This document shows positions 35,962 to 49,500 of a stretch of 64,000 nt of DNA, piece after piece (within the stretch, counting starts at the first letter, position 1; each line of letters begins with the position of its first letter). Both the position numbers and the translations under genes were made by a program. The DNA lies in the NCBI GenBank assembly GCA_043228905.1, contig JBHGNT010000004.1:16678001-16742000 (forward strand), read 5' to 3'. Below the pieces are notes generated by a model, which saw only the letters and a program-made list of their open reading frames with translations, made no database searches and was not told the DNA's origin. This DNA is from Azolla caroliniana (lineage: Eukaryota; Plantae; Polypodiophyta).

Positions 35962-38900
35962 AGAGGGCTACCAAGGCGTGGGGCCGCGATAGTCCGAACA
36001 TCCCGAGAAAACCCCACACTTGTACCATAGGTAGGAAATTTTGGTTCTCCGATAACGGAGGTTGTACTATAGCAGGCATCAACGGCCGAGAGAAGAAGCG
36101 TGTAGAGGAACGACTCAGGGCATGCGGGGTCCTCAACCCTGATGAGGAAATCAGTGGTGCCGTGGAGGCGGTCTCTTTCGACAACACCCTTGGGGAAATG
36201 AGGAAGGTGATCGAAGAAGGCCTTAGTGAAGAACGGATGATTCCGGTCAACTCGGTGGGAATGTACGAAGTCATTGCCAACTTCAGGGAAAGGGTCAGGT
36301 CGGATCGAACGACCCATGTGCATACAAGGTACAAGACTGTGGACCGAAAGGTGAGGCCGGTCGCGGCACCCTTGCCGGAGGGCAGCGAGGAACGAAAAAA
36401 AGGGGTCACGTGGGACCCAAGTTTGCGGAATCCGGTCGGCATAGGACACCGGTTCACCGACATAACGCTACGGGAGCTCAAGGTCGGTGGGGGTGGCTTC
36501 CTAGTGCCGGCGGAGGAGGGGAGGTTTCGGGGAATGCTCAGGAGGCACGAGAAGGCCTTCACGTTCACGCCAGGGGAGATCGGGTGCGTGGGCCCGGCGG
36601 TCGTGGAACCAATGGTGATCTTCACGGTACCGCATGTGCCGTGGAATCTCAAGCCATTTCCGGTACCTAGAGCTCACATCCCAGAGTTGGTGAAGCCACT
36701 GAAACGGAAGGTGGAGATGGGCATCCTCGAGCCGTCGAGTGCCCCATATTCGAACCGGTGGTTTACGGTGCCAAAGAAGAATGGCACGATGCGCTTCATT
36801 CAGGACCTGCAACCGGTCAATAAAGTGACCATTCGGAATGCAAGTATCGGGCCGACCATTGACGAGTTTGCAGAGGCCTTCACTGGAAGGTCGATCTATT
36901 CAGTCGGGGATCTATACTCGGGGTACGACCAATTCCAACTAGTCGTGGAGAGCAGGGATATTACGACGATGCGGACTCCTCTCGGCCTAGTGCGGATGTG
37001 TACCTTGCCGCAAGGAGGGACCAACTCGGTGGCGCACATGGTGAACGCTATGAACAAAGTGCTAAGGGACTGCATCCCAGATATCACCATGCCATTTTTG
37101 GACGACATACCGATAAAGGAATGTCCGGTGGAAGATAAGGATGAGTTGGTTGCCCTGGACGGTTGTTGGCGGTTTGTTGCGGACCACATCCGAGACTGCG
37201 AGAAGGTGCTACAAAGGCTAGAGAGCGCGCGACTCACCTTCTCTAGAGAAAAATCGGCTTTCGGTCAATCAAAAATCTTAGTGGTCGGTCACTTGTGCGG
37301 GCCTTATGGACGGAAACCATCTACGGCAAAGGTCGAAGCTATTTCCGCGATGAAGGAGGAATGCAAGTCAGTAACGGAGGTGCGGAGGTTCTTGGGGGCG
37401 TGTGCGTTCTACCACATCTGGGTTCCGCATTATGCACACATAGCGGAACCCCTCTACGGGCTACTGAAGAAAGGATGCAAATTCAGGTGGGGCGGGGAGC
37501 ATATGGAGTCGATTCGGAGACTGAAGGAGGCGCTTACTGCGGCACCGGCTCTCCGGAAAGTGGTTTACGGCAAGGAGGTCCCAATCTACGTAACCGTAGA
37601 TACGAGCCCGACCGGGATAGGATGGGTGATGAATCAGGAGGACGAGAGCGGCACGTGGTTCCCAATCCGGTTCGAGGCGAAGGTTCTCAGTGGGCGACAA
37701 CGAGGATACGCCCAAGTTAAGCACGAACTGTGGGGTATCGTTTCGGCGGTCAAGGCCGATAAATACTACTTGATTGGGACAGAGGTAATCATCAAGACAG
37801 ACTACCTGCCGATCCTCGGTATGGTTTCTGGATGCGCGACTCCGGACCTGGCAATGCTCAGGTGGATCGTGTACATTAAGTCCCTGGATCCGGAGATACG
37901 ACACATATCCGGAAAGGACAACACCATGGCCGATATGCTTTCTAGAGCGAGGTTCGACGACGAGAACGGCATGGTTTTGGAGGACGAAGAAGTCGGCGTA
38001 GACTTCTTCGAGTCGGCTCGCATAGCAACAAGGGCGGGGAGCACTCCGGCGCTTAACGAGTTCAACGAGAGCGAGTACAACGGGGAGTGGCTCCAGATTG
38101 GAAGGTTCCTGAGGACAATGATGCCGGACGCGGCATGGGCTAGAGAGGAGGCTAACAAAATCCGGAAGAAAGCATACTGATTCTTCCTACGGGACGGAAG
38201 TATATGGAAGCACCCAAAGAAGCGAGGCGGCATTCCACTCCGCGTAGTGGCAAGAAAGGGCGAGCAAGACGGGTTGTTAATGGTGTACCACGAGAGTCCT
38301 TGGGCCGGACACTGCGGGACATGGGCCACGTTCGAGAAACTAAAAGAGAAATATTGGTGGCCAGGGTTGTACCGGGATGTGCGCCAGTTCGTGACGACGT
38401 GTGAAAGCTGTCAGCGGCACTCCATAGTCCGACATTGAGATGAGCTACACCCGACCTACCCGCCAACTGTCCATTTCAAGTGGAGGGAGGGTAGACTTAG
38501 TAACGATGCCGATGGGGGTAGGGCAAATGCGGTACTTGGTGCTTGCACGGGAGGATTTGACGAACCAGGTGGAGGGTCGTGCACTGCAGAACAAGATGAC
38601 TGCGGCGGTATGCCGTTTTCTAATCGAAGAGGTAGTATCTCGGTACGGGTGCATGGGAAAGATCATAGCGGACCGTGGGGAACTGGATGCACATGAGGCC
38701 GAAGAGCTGTTTGAACGGTTAGGGGTTAAACTCTCGCTCACTACAGCGTACAATCCGGAGGCAAACGGGAAGGTGGAGCGCGGACACGGGCCAATCGTAA
38801 AGGCGCTAGTACGCGCGTGCGACGGACAGGTCGGGAATTGGCCATGGCTCATTCCTTACGCGTTATGGGCGGATCGGACTACGCACAGTTTGGTAACAGG

Positions 38901-39429
38901 GTTCATGCCAACAAAGCTGATGTACGGGCAGAAGCCAATCATGCCAATGTACCAGACGATTTCCTCCTGGGCGGTGATAGATTGGAGAAATGAGATGAGC
39001 TGGGAGGAGCTATTGGCGGCGCGAATTCGACAGTTCGAGCGAAGACGGGAGGACGTGGAGCGTGCAAAGGCGAAGCTACATGCGGCGAGGGAGAGGAACA
39101 AAAGCCGGTTTGACCGGACGCACCAGTTGCGGCCAAAGAAGATCAAGGAAGGTGATTGGGTGTTGGTGTACTATAGCAACCTCAACAACCAGCACAAGGC
39201 CACGCGCAAATTTGCGAGGAGGTGGTTCGGGCCCTACGCCGTAACAAGAGCAAACGACAACGGGACGTATCATCTTGCGAAGCTCGACGGGACGCAATTA
39301 ACAGTGTTGGTAGCCGGAAAGCGCATCAAGGCATTCAAGAAGCGGCAGGAGGACGAGCCGGACCTAGGAAGCATGACCGACGACTACGACCGGTTCGGAG
39401 CAGACGAGGATCCGGGAAGTGACCGATGA
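35955..39429 (+). pseudogene. Gypsy F RT-RNase H-integrase
   Basis: DLYSGYDQF, LPQG, FLDD, TVDTSPTG, HHCC, ADRGE and GPY motifs. Stops at 38178 and 38436 and a frameshift near 38480. Confidence 0.88.
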
Positions 39430-39957
39430 TTACGGACCGGTCTTCTCCGGCGATTGTTAGTGTCTAGCGCATACCGGTGGATGCGCGATTTGGTGGGGGT
39501 GGATGTCGTGAAGAAAACTAGCCCTAAGAGGAATCGAGGAATTGAAGGCGTGAACCCACCCTTGCATGAGAGTGCGCGAATTGATATCAATTGTACATAA
39601 CTAGGAATAGGACGACTGATATAAGTATATTATGTGTGACATATTTATTAGGAAATCAATGCGTATCTCTATCCGAAGGGACAGAGAATAAAGAAGACAT
39701 GTTTTGATGTAACAGCTGGCTTGGCAACCTATAAATGGGAGGGGAGAAGAAGAAGAAGTTATCGCGTTTTAGGGAAGGAGGTGTTGTCGGATTGGGAACC
39801 GAGCTCTCTCCTCCTTTGACATCATTCTCTAGAGGTTGCAAGCGTTGTAATCATCACTGTTATTGGAATTGAATCTCTTGTTCTCGTCTATCTGTGTTTC
39901 TAGGTGTCTCCTCTTTCGTTTCTCTCGAGTCTGCTTCTTAGTTAAGTCGATATACGC

Positions 39958-41036
39958 TGTCGTGAAGATTTTCGGCAATGTTGTGAAAATCACATAAAAC
40001 GTACGAAATCGAGTGTGATTCATATAAAACAATAATAGTGAAGATATTAATTTTAAGTAAGTTTAATATCTTAGTACAAAAAGATGGAGGTCATCAAGAG
40101 CTTTCAAATGTGCTTTACCACATAAAAAACAGACATCTAAGTGATAAGTTATGTGGGAGTGAAGTATGAGAAGGAAGAAGAGAAAAATAAAATTGTGAGA
40201 TATCCCACATAGATAGGACAAACAAGGACCCTACAATATATAAAGTAGAGCAAAAGCTACTATCTTTGTGTTTATGTGTGGAGCATACATAGTTCAAGCT
40301 AACTTGAACAAAGTTAATATGATGAATAAGTGTGGCCTAGCTACAAGTTTTGGCCAACCGAAATCGGACCGGCTCCGTAGCCGGTGAGCCAACGACGGCA
40401 TCCGACGACCGGATAAATATATAAATATCTAAGTAAATATATATATACACAAGGAGTGCAAGTGTGGATTTGAACCTTCCACCTCCAAGTTGAGAGTCTA
40501 TAGGCTTACCACTAATCCAAGACATTTTCTTGAAATAATATTTTTATCATTATAGTTTTACATGTAAATTCTCATACATGAGACCTTGAATGAGTAGCAT
40601 GATTCTCATGCACCACATGTAATACATGAGTGCCAAATGGCAAACATGCATTTTATGCATGTCTTGTACCCTCAATGCATGAGGGCATCTATAAAAGAGG
40701 GGAGGAAAAAGATGAAGAAAAAAAAAAAGTAATGTAAAAATTCTTATCAAGAGCTTTGTACTTTATACCAAAATTAATATTAAGAAGAAAATTCGTTATC
40801 GAATTGATTGTGTAACTTGTTTCTTAAATCTAAAGTCAATTGCTCAATCTTAATCTCTCTCTTTGCCATATCAATCTTTCTCAATCTAAAGTCAAGCATT
40901 TAATCTCAATCTCTCTCTCTTTCAATCTAACTTAATTCCTTTCTCGCTAAAGCTAGTGCAAACTTCGAGTCCTTCCGATCCAGAACCCCGGCGGTTCCGC
41001 CTCGCGATCCGCGCGTAGTGACGGATCTTCACGACA
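39958..41036 (+). mobile_element. Solo LTR G inserted in the 3' LTR of F
   Basis: Perfect 12-bp terminal inverted repeat TGTCGTGAAGAT...ATCTTCACGACA. TSD ACGC at 39954-39957 and 41037-41040. TATAAAA near 40690. Confidence 0.88.
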
Positions 41037-42123
41037 ACGCGTTGGTGGTTCATTTAGCGGGCAAGTCCTGTCGATTGCTGACAGGTCTAGCAGGCCTTGC
41101 ACTTGCGCACTCCTCACTTCCTCTTGTCTCTCTTGCTCCTCGGTTCAGGACCCCCATGGTCCCACCTTATTTCACACATGTAAGCGAAACAACCCGACAA
41201 CGATGATGGCAGTGATCAGAACAACAGGAAGAATCTAAGGAGGACGAAGAGAAGGAAGTGAATGGTCCAGGGAATACTGCCATAGAAGCTAAAGCTTTAA
41301 GTCATAACACCTCTTGCCACTCTCTCGCGCTCTCCCCCTCTTTCTCTCTCTTTTTAATGTCTAGTACTTTAATAATTCCTAAGTATTGAAACTTGACGAC
41401 ATGTGATTCAATCAATACCATTCTTATATATTCAATCCAACGTTGAGATAATTTATCATACACATTTGATTGAATCATTCTCGAATGTGAATGCATGTAT
41501 GATACGTATGGTTCATTCTATGGGTATAAAGATGGCTCCAGCATGACGGAGCACCTGAACACCTTGCAAGGATTAATAAATCAAACCACCTCTCTAGAAG
41601 TACCTCTTGCTGACAAGGTATTGACACTATTGTTGCTGGGATCCCTTCTAGATAGTTAGGAGATGCTCGTTGTCACATTGGGCAACGCCGAACCGGAAGG
41701 GAAACACCTATCCCTAGAGACAGTGAAGTCAAACTTTCTAAATGAGGAAGCGCACCAAAAGGATAGAGAGTTCGTAACCGACCCAAAGGCCTTAGTCACA
41801 AAAGGTGACATGAACCGAGGAAGAGGCAACAATAGAAGTCCCCAGAACCAAGAGAAGTTAGGGACAAAGTCAAAGTCGAGACAAAGGCCCACATGCTTCT
41901 ATTGTGGGAAGTCGGGACATTTCCAAAAGAAATGTTGACACTTCTGGAAAGATAAAGGGGGAGTTGATGGTGTAGAGTTGAAGAAGATTCTGGACAGAAA
42001 AGGCACTTGAACGATCACGACAAGTGAGGAGGAGTTGTTGCTTATTAGCGAGCAAAATAAAGTGAACCTTGTCAACGACGAAACAACGTGGGTGGTCGAC
42101 TCCGGAGCGTCGTTCCACTTGAC

Positions 42124-45100
42124 AAAAAGTATGACTTAGTCGAACTTTTTCAACTCCGAAGCGCCAGAAGGACAGAAGGCAATGGTGAAGGTAAAATTCA
42201 AGATTGAGGGGTCTTGGTTGCCATTATGCCCTCCGCGGAGTGATTTGTCAACAATTTTGTCTCAACACATACAATCCAAGACCCATCTAAAGGCAATGGA
42301 GATGGTTTGGCGTGCTAGTAAACCAATAATGAGTGGATTTCCGGGTCATCCACGAAAACAAGAAGATTTACCTTCAAATCAACAAACCTTGAGCAAATTT
42401 CTTGTTTCAACCTTGCGACCTTCATCTAGTCAAGAATGTGAGTTCTCTACTCCACATTATTTTGGTTTGTCACTATTGTGTCAGGGATATTGGCATAACA
42501 ATATAGTGATAAATGATGAAGAAATACATGTAAAATCATTTCTCATTGATCAAAATCATGTAGCCTTATGGTTCTCTGAGCCTTGCACCAAAGATGTTGT
42601 GATGTAAGAGATGTAAGAGTGTGTTATTGATGGATGTTTTTCGCCATTTTGATTGTAAAAGAGTATTCAAGCTTGAAGAACCCTTTCATAATCTTACATG
42701 TGAAAAATGTAATGAAATTCCAAAATGCAATGATTTCCGTATGAGGGTGTATAGGGAGCATAGGGCTAAAGTCAAACGAGGTAATCGAGGAACTGGGGAG
42801 GGTAGGTGATTAGATTATCTTACTCAAGAAGAGACAAAAAAGGAAATTTCAAGTTCTAAGCAAACTATCTGTCGCGCTCATAGACAAATATGGTGGCTAG
42901 CTTGCAAAGTTGCAATGCTTTTGGTAAAGGTAATGACTCTCAAGGAAGCATCCCTTGAGAGTGTGGAATGGAAGGATGTTCGAAGATTTTGTAATAACAT
43001 TATTGAAGCTCATTGAACTGGAAATTTTGGTAGAAAGAATGCATTATGGGATTTCTTGACAGATGTTGCACAAAACCTTACTCAAAAGCCACATGGACAA
43101 CGATTTCAAGACACATCTAAAGCAATTTTTGTCATGATTAAAATGTGGGGTGGACCAAGATTACACGACTTTGTTTCTAAAAATTTAGATGGACCATCAT
43201 TAAGCACTACAAAGAGAGTTGAGAGGAAGGCAACTAAGTTCCTTCTAGGGATCCATGAATATATATTTTAGGATGTGGCTAAGATTTATGAAAATGAAAA
43301 AAGAGTGCATGGTATTATAACAAAGGTTCCTTTCATTATTGCTGAGGATGAGACTGTGATTAAGTGGAATGTTAAGTGGGATAGCTCAAATGATTTACTT
43401 TTGGGTTTTTGTGGGCTAAAGTCATCCAATCATCAATGTGTCTCATCATGTATGATAAAGGTGGGTGACTCTAATGTTGGTTATGAAACCATTGTTAGTT
43501 CCTTTAAAGACTATGTGGTTGGACACTATGCTAGGGTGTTAATTGTGAATCCGCTTCACCCTAAACTTCCACGATTAGTATTGGTTGTACAATGTACATG
43601 TAATTGCTTTAATGCAGATTTTGTAAAATGCCAATGGAATGAAGTGGAAACTCTATGGGAAAAACACCTCTCCACAAGTATTGGGCCAATTGTTGGACAT
43701 GCATCGAATGGAGATTGTAGGAGAAGAAAGATTATGCTTCAAGTTTACTTAACCCCAAGCATATGCTTAAGATATAAATTACCTTGGGATGGTTGGATCT
43801 TCACAGGTCAAATGCATCATGATATGCTAAGTTGTCTTCATGATCAAGATTTCATCCATAATGGAAAGAAACTTGTGAATGCACTAGATAATCCCTCAAG
43901 ACAATTAGTAATCGGAGATGTATGGATCACATTGAATCATGTATCATTGGTATATAATAACTTCTCTATCGATGCACATGGCTTAAGGGAATGTGATATT
44001 AAGAGAGAAGATAGAAAAAATTGGGTTGGAGCCCAAAGAATTGCAAGTAGAAATGTTACTAATTGTTTAAAGATGTTATACCAAGGTGGAGAAGGTGTCA
44101 AAGTAAGAGAAAGAGGCGCTTTGGGAACACATGTATACTTGCATATATTAGGTGATTATATTGATATTTTTCTATCCCCTCATGAGAGCTTGTTCAAGTG
44201 TGTGGTACTTGCATCTAAAGTTGCATTCTTCTTTCAAATATGGAGATTATGGATTCTAAATAATCCAATTTATAATTTTAAAAAGTAATTTCATTAGTCA
44301 GGAAACATTTTTGGATGTACAAATATCTTGTCACTTTGTCATTTTACTTATAAAAATGTTTAGTGACTTTTATCCACAACGAGAATGTCCATTGCATCTC
44401 ATAGGGTCTGATGGAGCTGAGATATTTTTTAGTAAAATAGGGGGAATGATTGGTATGGAATGTGCATTTGATATATCTAATGTTTTGCATTGTAGTGGAA
44501 ATGTAAACAAGCTTGCCAAATTTGAGTGCATTGATAGTGGATTGGTTTTTCCAAGAGCTCATAAGAAGCAATAATCAATATGGTCTAAACTCAATTTCAT
44601 GCATGGCAAGCCTCTTGCAAACTTACAAGACTACATTGATATCTCAAATGATGATCAACTTGTTTTTGCACTTAAAGAAGGTTTTAAAGAAACCCAAATT
44701 TTATGTGAGTCATTAAATATGAAGCCTAAACACAATGGGCAATGGTAGAATTATCCCGGGATTGAGACAAAACAATCCTTGAGTTATATATATGGAGAGA
44801 AAGATGATGAAGAATGTGTTGAACACAATAAACTTAACAATGCATAAATGTGTGGAGAATGATGATGAAATTGCAATACGTGAAATTCGCCATGAATTGG
44901 ATGCTATATTGGATGACAACAATGTGAACTCTAAAGTCTCTTCATTTGTTCAAGTGGATGATAAGATTATATTTAAATCGACACTTGTGAGTCATCTAAA
45001 TGGTAATCCAACATTGTCAAAGGATAGACTCACACATGTAAGAGAGGGGGTCTTCTACTCATGTGAGAATGCAAATAATTTCCTAAATGGAAATGGGAAC

Positions 45101-46585
45101 CTAATTGGGATTGGTTCAGATTGTGTTGTATTCTTTATTGAAGAAGATGTTAATTCAACAAGACCCAAAAGAAAAGGAATATCAAATGAAAATGTTGTTT
45201 GGTACTTAGGACGACTACAAAGGATGCGAAGAAAGATTGGAAATAAATTTGTGGAGTACAAGAGAGGAATTGACTTGATGGATAGACTTGAAGATGTTCA
45301 ATTACAACTTGGTTGGTATAGGAAGATTATTTGCATATGATTTGACAAATATAAAAATGGTTGACTTTGAATCAATTATTGGACTAGTGAACCTCACATA
45401 TAATGCAAAATGTGATAACTTTCTGTTAGACGAAAGCGATTGTAAAGTTTTCAATGATTTTCTTTTGGAAATGAAATCCAGGTATGTATATATAAGTTGT
45501 TTTAAATTATATACTTGCATACATGTACATATATAATATATATTAAAGTAACTTAATATTTATGCCTTTTATTTTAACAGGAAGGAGAAAATAGTAGAAA
45601 CCAAATATAAACCTACGGTGTTCCAAATATATTTTCTGATTTCTTTAAGATATTACTTACTTCCATGTATATTAAGTTTTCTTGCCTTTGTTGTTACATG
45701 TTATAATACGGGTCCAAAGTTGAAGATGGAAACGACATGGAATTTATAGCCTAAAATGAACTTCTTAGAGTTTTCTTTTTATATAGTTGGTCTTTGTAAG
45801 GGGTAACCTTTATTGTAATAAGTTTTTTAAGTAAACATTGCAATAACAAAATGATTTATTTTATTTCATTTTGATTTGGGTAAGAATATGTGAATAGATG
45901 ATGTCTTACAGTTCAAATGGAAATATGAAGTAGGTTGCCATTTGTTTGATCAATGTGTTTGAGAAAATATAATGTTATGGCTTCATATGAGTCTATCCAT
46001 GAAACCAAACATAATTTTAATTTGTTAGTAATTTCATTATTCATATGCATTTTAGATTGTTCCATGTGTGCTTTTGAGATATATATGTCAAGTTCAAGAT
46101 TGTTTTATTGTAAATTACATTGTTTTTTATCACTCTACATTCTTCATACGTCTCAATAAACTAAAAACAAAAACTTATATGTGGCTTATATATGTTATAC
46201 CTCTAGTGTTTTTGGGTAATGTTTCCTAACTGTGTGTGCATTACTTTGTACTTTACACATTGTGTTTTCAATCTATGTGGCACTTAATGAAGCATTTCTA
46301 GGATTTTGCATATGATGTTTAATGTTGATTCATAATTTTGCGAGTCATCAATTGTAAAGACGGCCATTGATCCCTTCTAGGAATGGAAACTATGTGTGCA
46401 TGTATATTTTATATGTAAGGGTATTTAAAATGGGTGGTTATCAAAAAATATATTGGTAATAAGGGGTATTTTTATTAATCTTTTTTCTACACAAGGGTCA
46501 CTAAAATAGTAAAAAACATACATATAAGGGGTTTATAAATGATGTCATGAACGCATGTGATACAACCTTCTAGTGGAGTCCCCGG
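42124..46585 (+). mobile_element. AT-rich insertion encoding a degenerate P-element/THAP9-like DDE transposase
   Basis: Splits the B protease sequence SFHLT|PNRKCF exactly, with GAC at both junctions. No TIRs seen. Confidence 0.7.
42182..45594 (+). pseudogene. P-like transposase pseudogene
   Basis: Motifs in order: IAEDET, GHASNG (probably D to N), QDFIHNGKK, GSDGAEIFF. This matches the D-D-DxxH-E layout of P-superfamily enzymes. Probable GT-AG intron at 45482-45580; multiple stops and frameshifts. Confidence 0.6.
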
Positions 46586-49500
46586 GACCCCCAACCGAAA
46601 ATGCTTCTCATCATACATAGTCGGGGACCACGATTTTGTGAAGCTGGGAAATGAAGGAGCATGCTGAATCGTTGACATAAGAGATGTGTGTTTGATGACT
46701 TCAACCGGGTGCAAATTGATATCAACTGGTTGGCGAGATGACAAAGGCTACACGGGTAGCTTTCGGAACGGCACTCTAAAGTTTTGCAAGGGAAACCTGA
46801 TTGTGGGTCGAGCCCGGAGGTAAATGTGGCAGTCAGCACAACCGATGAGTTGTGGTACAAGAGGCTATGCCACATGAGTGAGAAGGGGCTGCGGAAGCTT
46901 GCCGAGGATAACCTCATTCCGGAGGTGACAAATGCATAGATTGTTTGGCCAGAAAGCAGAAGATAACCTCTTTCCGATCCGAACCCCCGATGAGAAAGGC
47001 ACCAATGGAACTCGTGCATACGGATGTATGCTATGTGCACACTAAGTCGCATGCCGGTTCAAAAAAAATTGTGACATTCATAGATGACTATAGCCGGAAG
47101 TTGCGGGCTTCCGTTCTGAAGACGAAGGACCAGGTGTTATTGGTCTTCAAGGATTTCCAAGCGAGAGTCGAGAGAAAAAGCATTTAGAGCAAATAACGGA
47201 GGTGAATACCAAGGGCAGTTCGAAGAGTACTGTTGGTCGAAGGGAATCCAGCTCGAATACACCATGCCGAAGACACCAGAGCTGAACAGGCTGGCGGAGA
47301 GAATGAACCAAACCATCATGGAGAAGTTTGGAGCATGCTTGCACATGCAAAGCTATCCAAGACGTTTAGGGTTGAGGCGTTGATGACAGAGGGCTATGTG
47401 ATAAATAGATCACCCTCAGTACCCTTGGATGGAGATGTTCCACAAAGGGTGTGGACCGGCAAAGACGTGTCGTACCGGCATCTAAGGGTGTTTGGTTGTC
47501 TTGCCTATGTGCATGTAGCAAAGGGTTGGGGGGAATTTAGACCCAAAGACCTAGTCGTGCATATTCCTGGGATACAACAACAACGAGTTTGGTTACCGGC
47601 TATGGGACTTAGCCGAGAAGAAGGTGATCTAAAGCAGAGACATAATCTTCATGGAGGAGAAGTTTATTTTCGACTAGGAGAAGGAGAAGACGAGTGCATC
47701 CTCTTGGCTAGTCTGAAGTCGAATACCCACTAAAGAACGAGGTGAGCTGACCATATCCGGACAGGGAGTCACATCGGTCGAAGAACAATCGGGAGCCAGA
47801 TTCGGACATGGGGTTGAGTCCGGAGTCGGACTGATCAGAAGGCATCCAATCGGACCTGAAGAGGAAGAAGTAGTCAACTCCGAATTGGATGACGAACCAA
47901 CCGAAGTAGAAGAGGAAGAATCTAGCGAGTCGGTTGTTGAGAACAGAGGAAGAATATACCCTCTAAGGAATAGATGCCCCCCCAGAAGATTTCCGGAAAA
48001 GGAATATGTCCTCTTAACCAATGAGGGGGAGCTGGAAAGCTTCAAGGAAGTGAAGAGGGACACCCACAACAGAGAGTGATTAACTGCCATGCAGGACAAA
48101 ATGGATTCCCTACATGAGAACCACACATATGAGTTGACGAAGCTGTCAAAAGGAAAGAGGGCACTTCGGAATAAGTGGGTGTATAAACTAAAACCGGGAT
48201 ATGGTGGAAGTCCACCAAGATATAAAGCCCGCATTGTGGTGAAGGGCTTCCAGCAGAAGAAGGGAATGGATTTCGACAACATATTTGCCCGATAGTAAAG
48301 ATGACATCCATCCGGACGGTGCTAAGCATAACGAACAATATGGATCTCGAAGTCAAACATCTGGATGTCAAGACGACCTTTCTACACGGTGACCTTGAAG
48401 AGGAGATGCAACAATTGGAAGGATTCGTCGAGAAGGGGAAGGTGAACTTGGTATGCCGGTTGAGGAAGAGCCTTTACGGACTCAAGCAGGCTCCCGGACA
48501 ATGGTATCGAAAGTTTGAATCCTTCATGACCGACCAAGGGTACCACAAGACGTAGGCCGATCACTACGTGTTTGTGAAGAAGTTCAATGGAGGAGATTTC
48601 CTTGTCCTCCTGCTATACGTGGACAACATGTTGATTGTCGGACGTGACCATTCAAGATCATAATGTTGAAGAAGTCCTTGAGTAGGTCATTCTCAATGAA
48701 TGATATCGGTTCAACAACACAAATCCTGGGAATGCACATTGTCTAGGACCGAACAAAGAGGTTATTGTGGTTGTCACAAGAGAAGTACATGACAAAAGTG
48801 CTCCAAAGGTTTAGCATGGAAAGCGCAAAGCTGGTCGGCTCGACACTACCGACCAACAACAAGTTGTCCGGTAGACAATGTCCAAAGACAAAGACGGAGA
48901 AGGCTGAGATGATGAAGGTCCCATATGCCTCAGTAGTCGGAAGTTTGATGTACGCGGTGGTATGTACTAGGCCGGACATCAGATACGCAATCGGAGTTGT
49001 CAGGCGATTCATGAGCAATCAGGGCAGAGAGCATTGTGTTGTGGTCAAGTGGATACTCTTGTACTTGAGAGGCACTACGAGTATTTCCCTCTGATTTGGC
49101 TAAGGCAACTCCTTATTAGAAGGTTTTATTGATTCAAACATGTTGGCTGATGTGGATACCAGTTGGTCCACGTTCGGATACGTAATGACTTATGCAGGGG
49201 GAGCTGTCTCGTGGCAGTCGAGGCTGTAGAAGGCTATGGCTTTGTCGACCACGGAAGTGGAGTATATGGCCTGCAGTAGAAGTTGACAAGGAAATTATTT
49301 GGATGAAGGAGTTCACCGGAGAGTTGGGAATTCGGCAAGAATAATTCCGACTCTACTGCGACAACCAAATTGCCATCCACCTTGTGAAGAATGTTGCCTA
49401 CCACTCGAGGACCAAGCACATCCAGAGAAGATACCATTGGCTTCGGGAGAGGGTAGAAGAGAAGGACTTTGTTCTAATGAAGATCCACACAACAGAGAAC

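Larger units (their letters stand above)
33204..41199 (+). mobile_element. Non-chromovirus Ty3/Gypsy element F (tRNA-Trp primed, 4-bp TSD; Phygy/Selgy-like)
   Basis: LTRs 33204-33820 and 39504-41199 (interrupted by G). TSD ACGA at 33200-33203 and 41200-41203. PBS TGGTGAACCCAACGT at 33825. Order gag, PR (LIDHGSE), RT (FLDD), RNase H, IN. Confidence 0.92.

Noticed and set aside
35801-36652. Long antisense ORFs over Gypsy F (also 34194-34817)
   Set aside because: Shadow ORFs of GC-rich gag/pol coding sequence with no recognisable motifs.
40455-40524. Functional tRNA gene
   Set aside because: A and B boxes are present, but I could not form a convincing anticodon arm or acceptor stem. Kept only as a tRNA-like module.
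46545-46585. Helitron 3' end (CTAG) for the transposase-bearing insertion
   Set aside because: CTAG lies about 12 bp inside the junction, the upstream hairpin is weak, there is no 5' TC or A|T target, and no Rep/helicase motifs.
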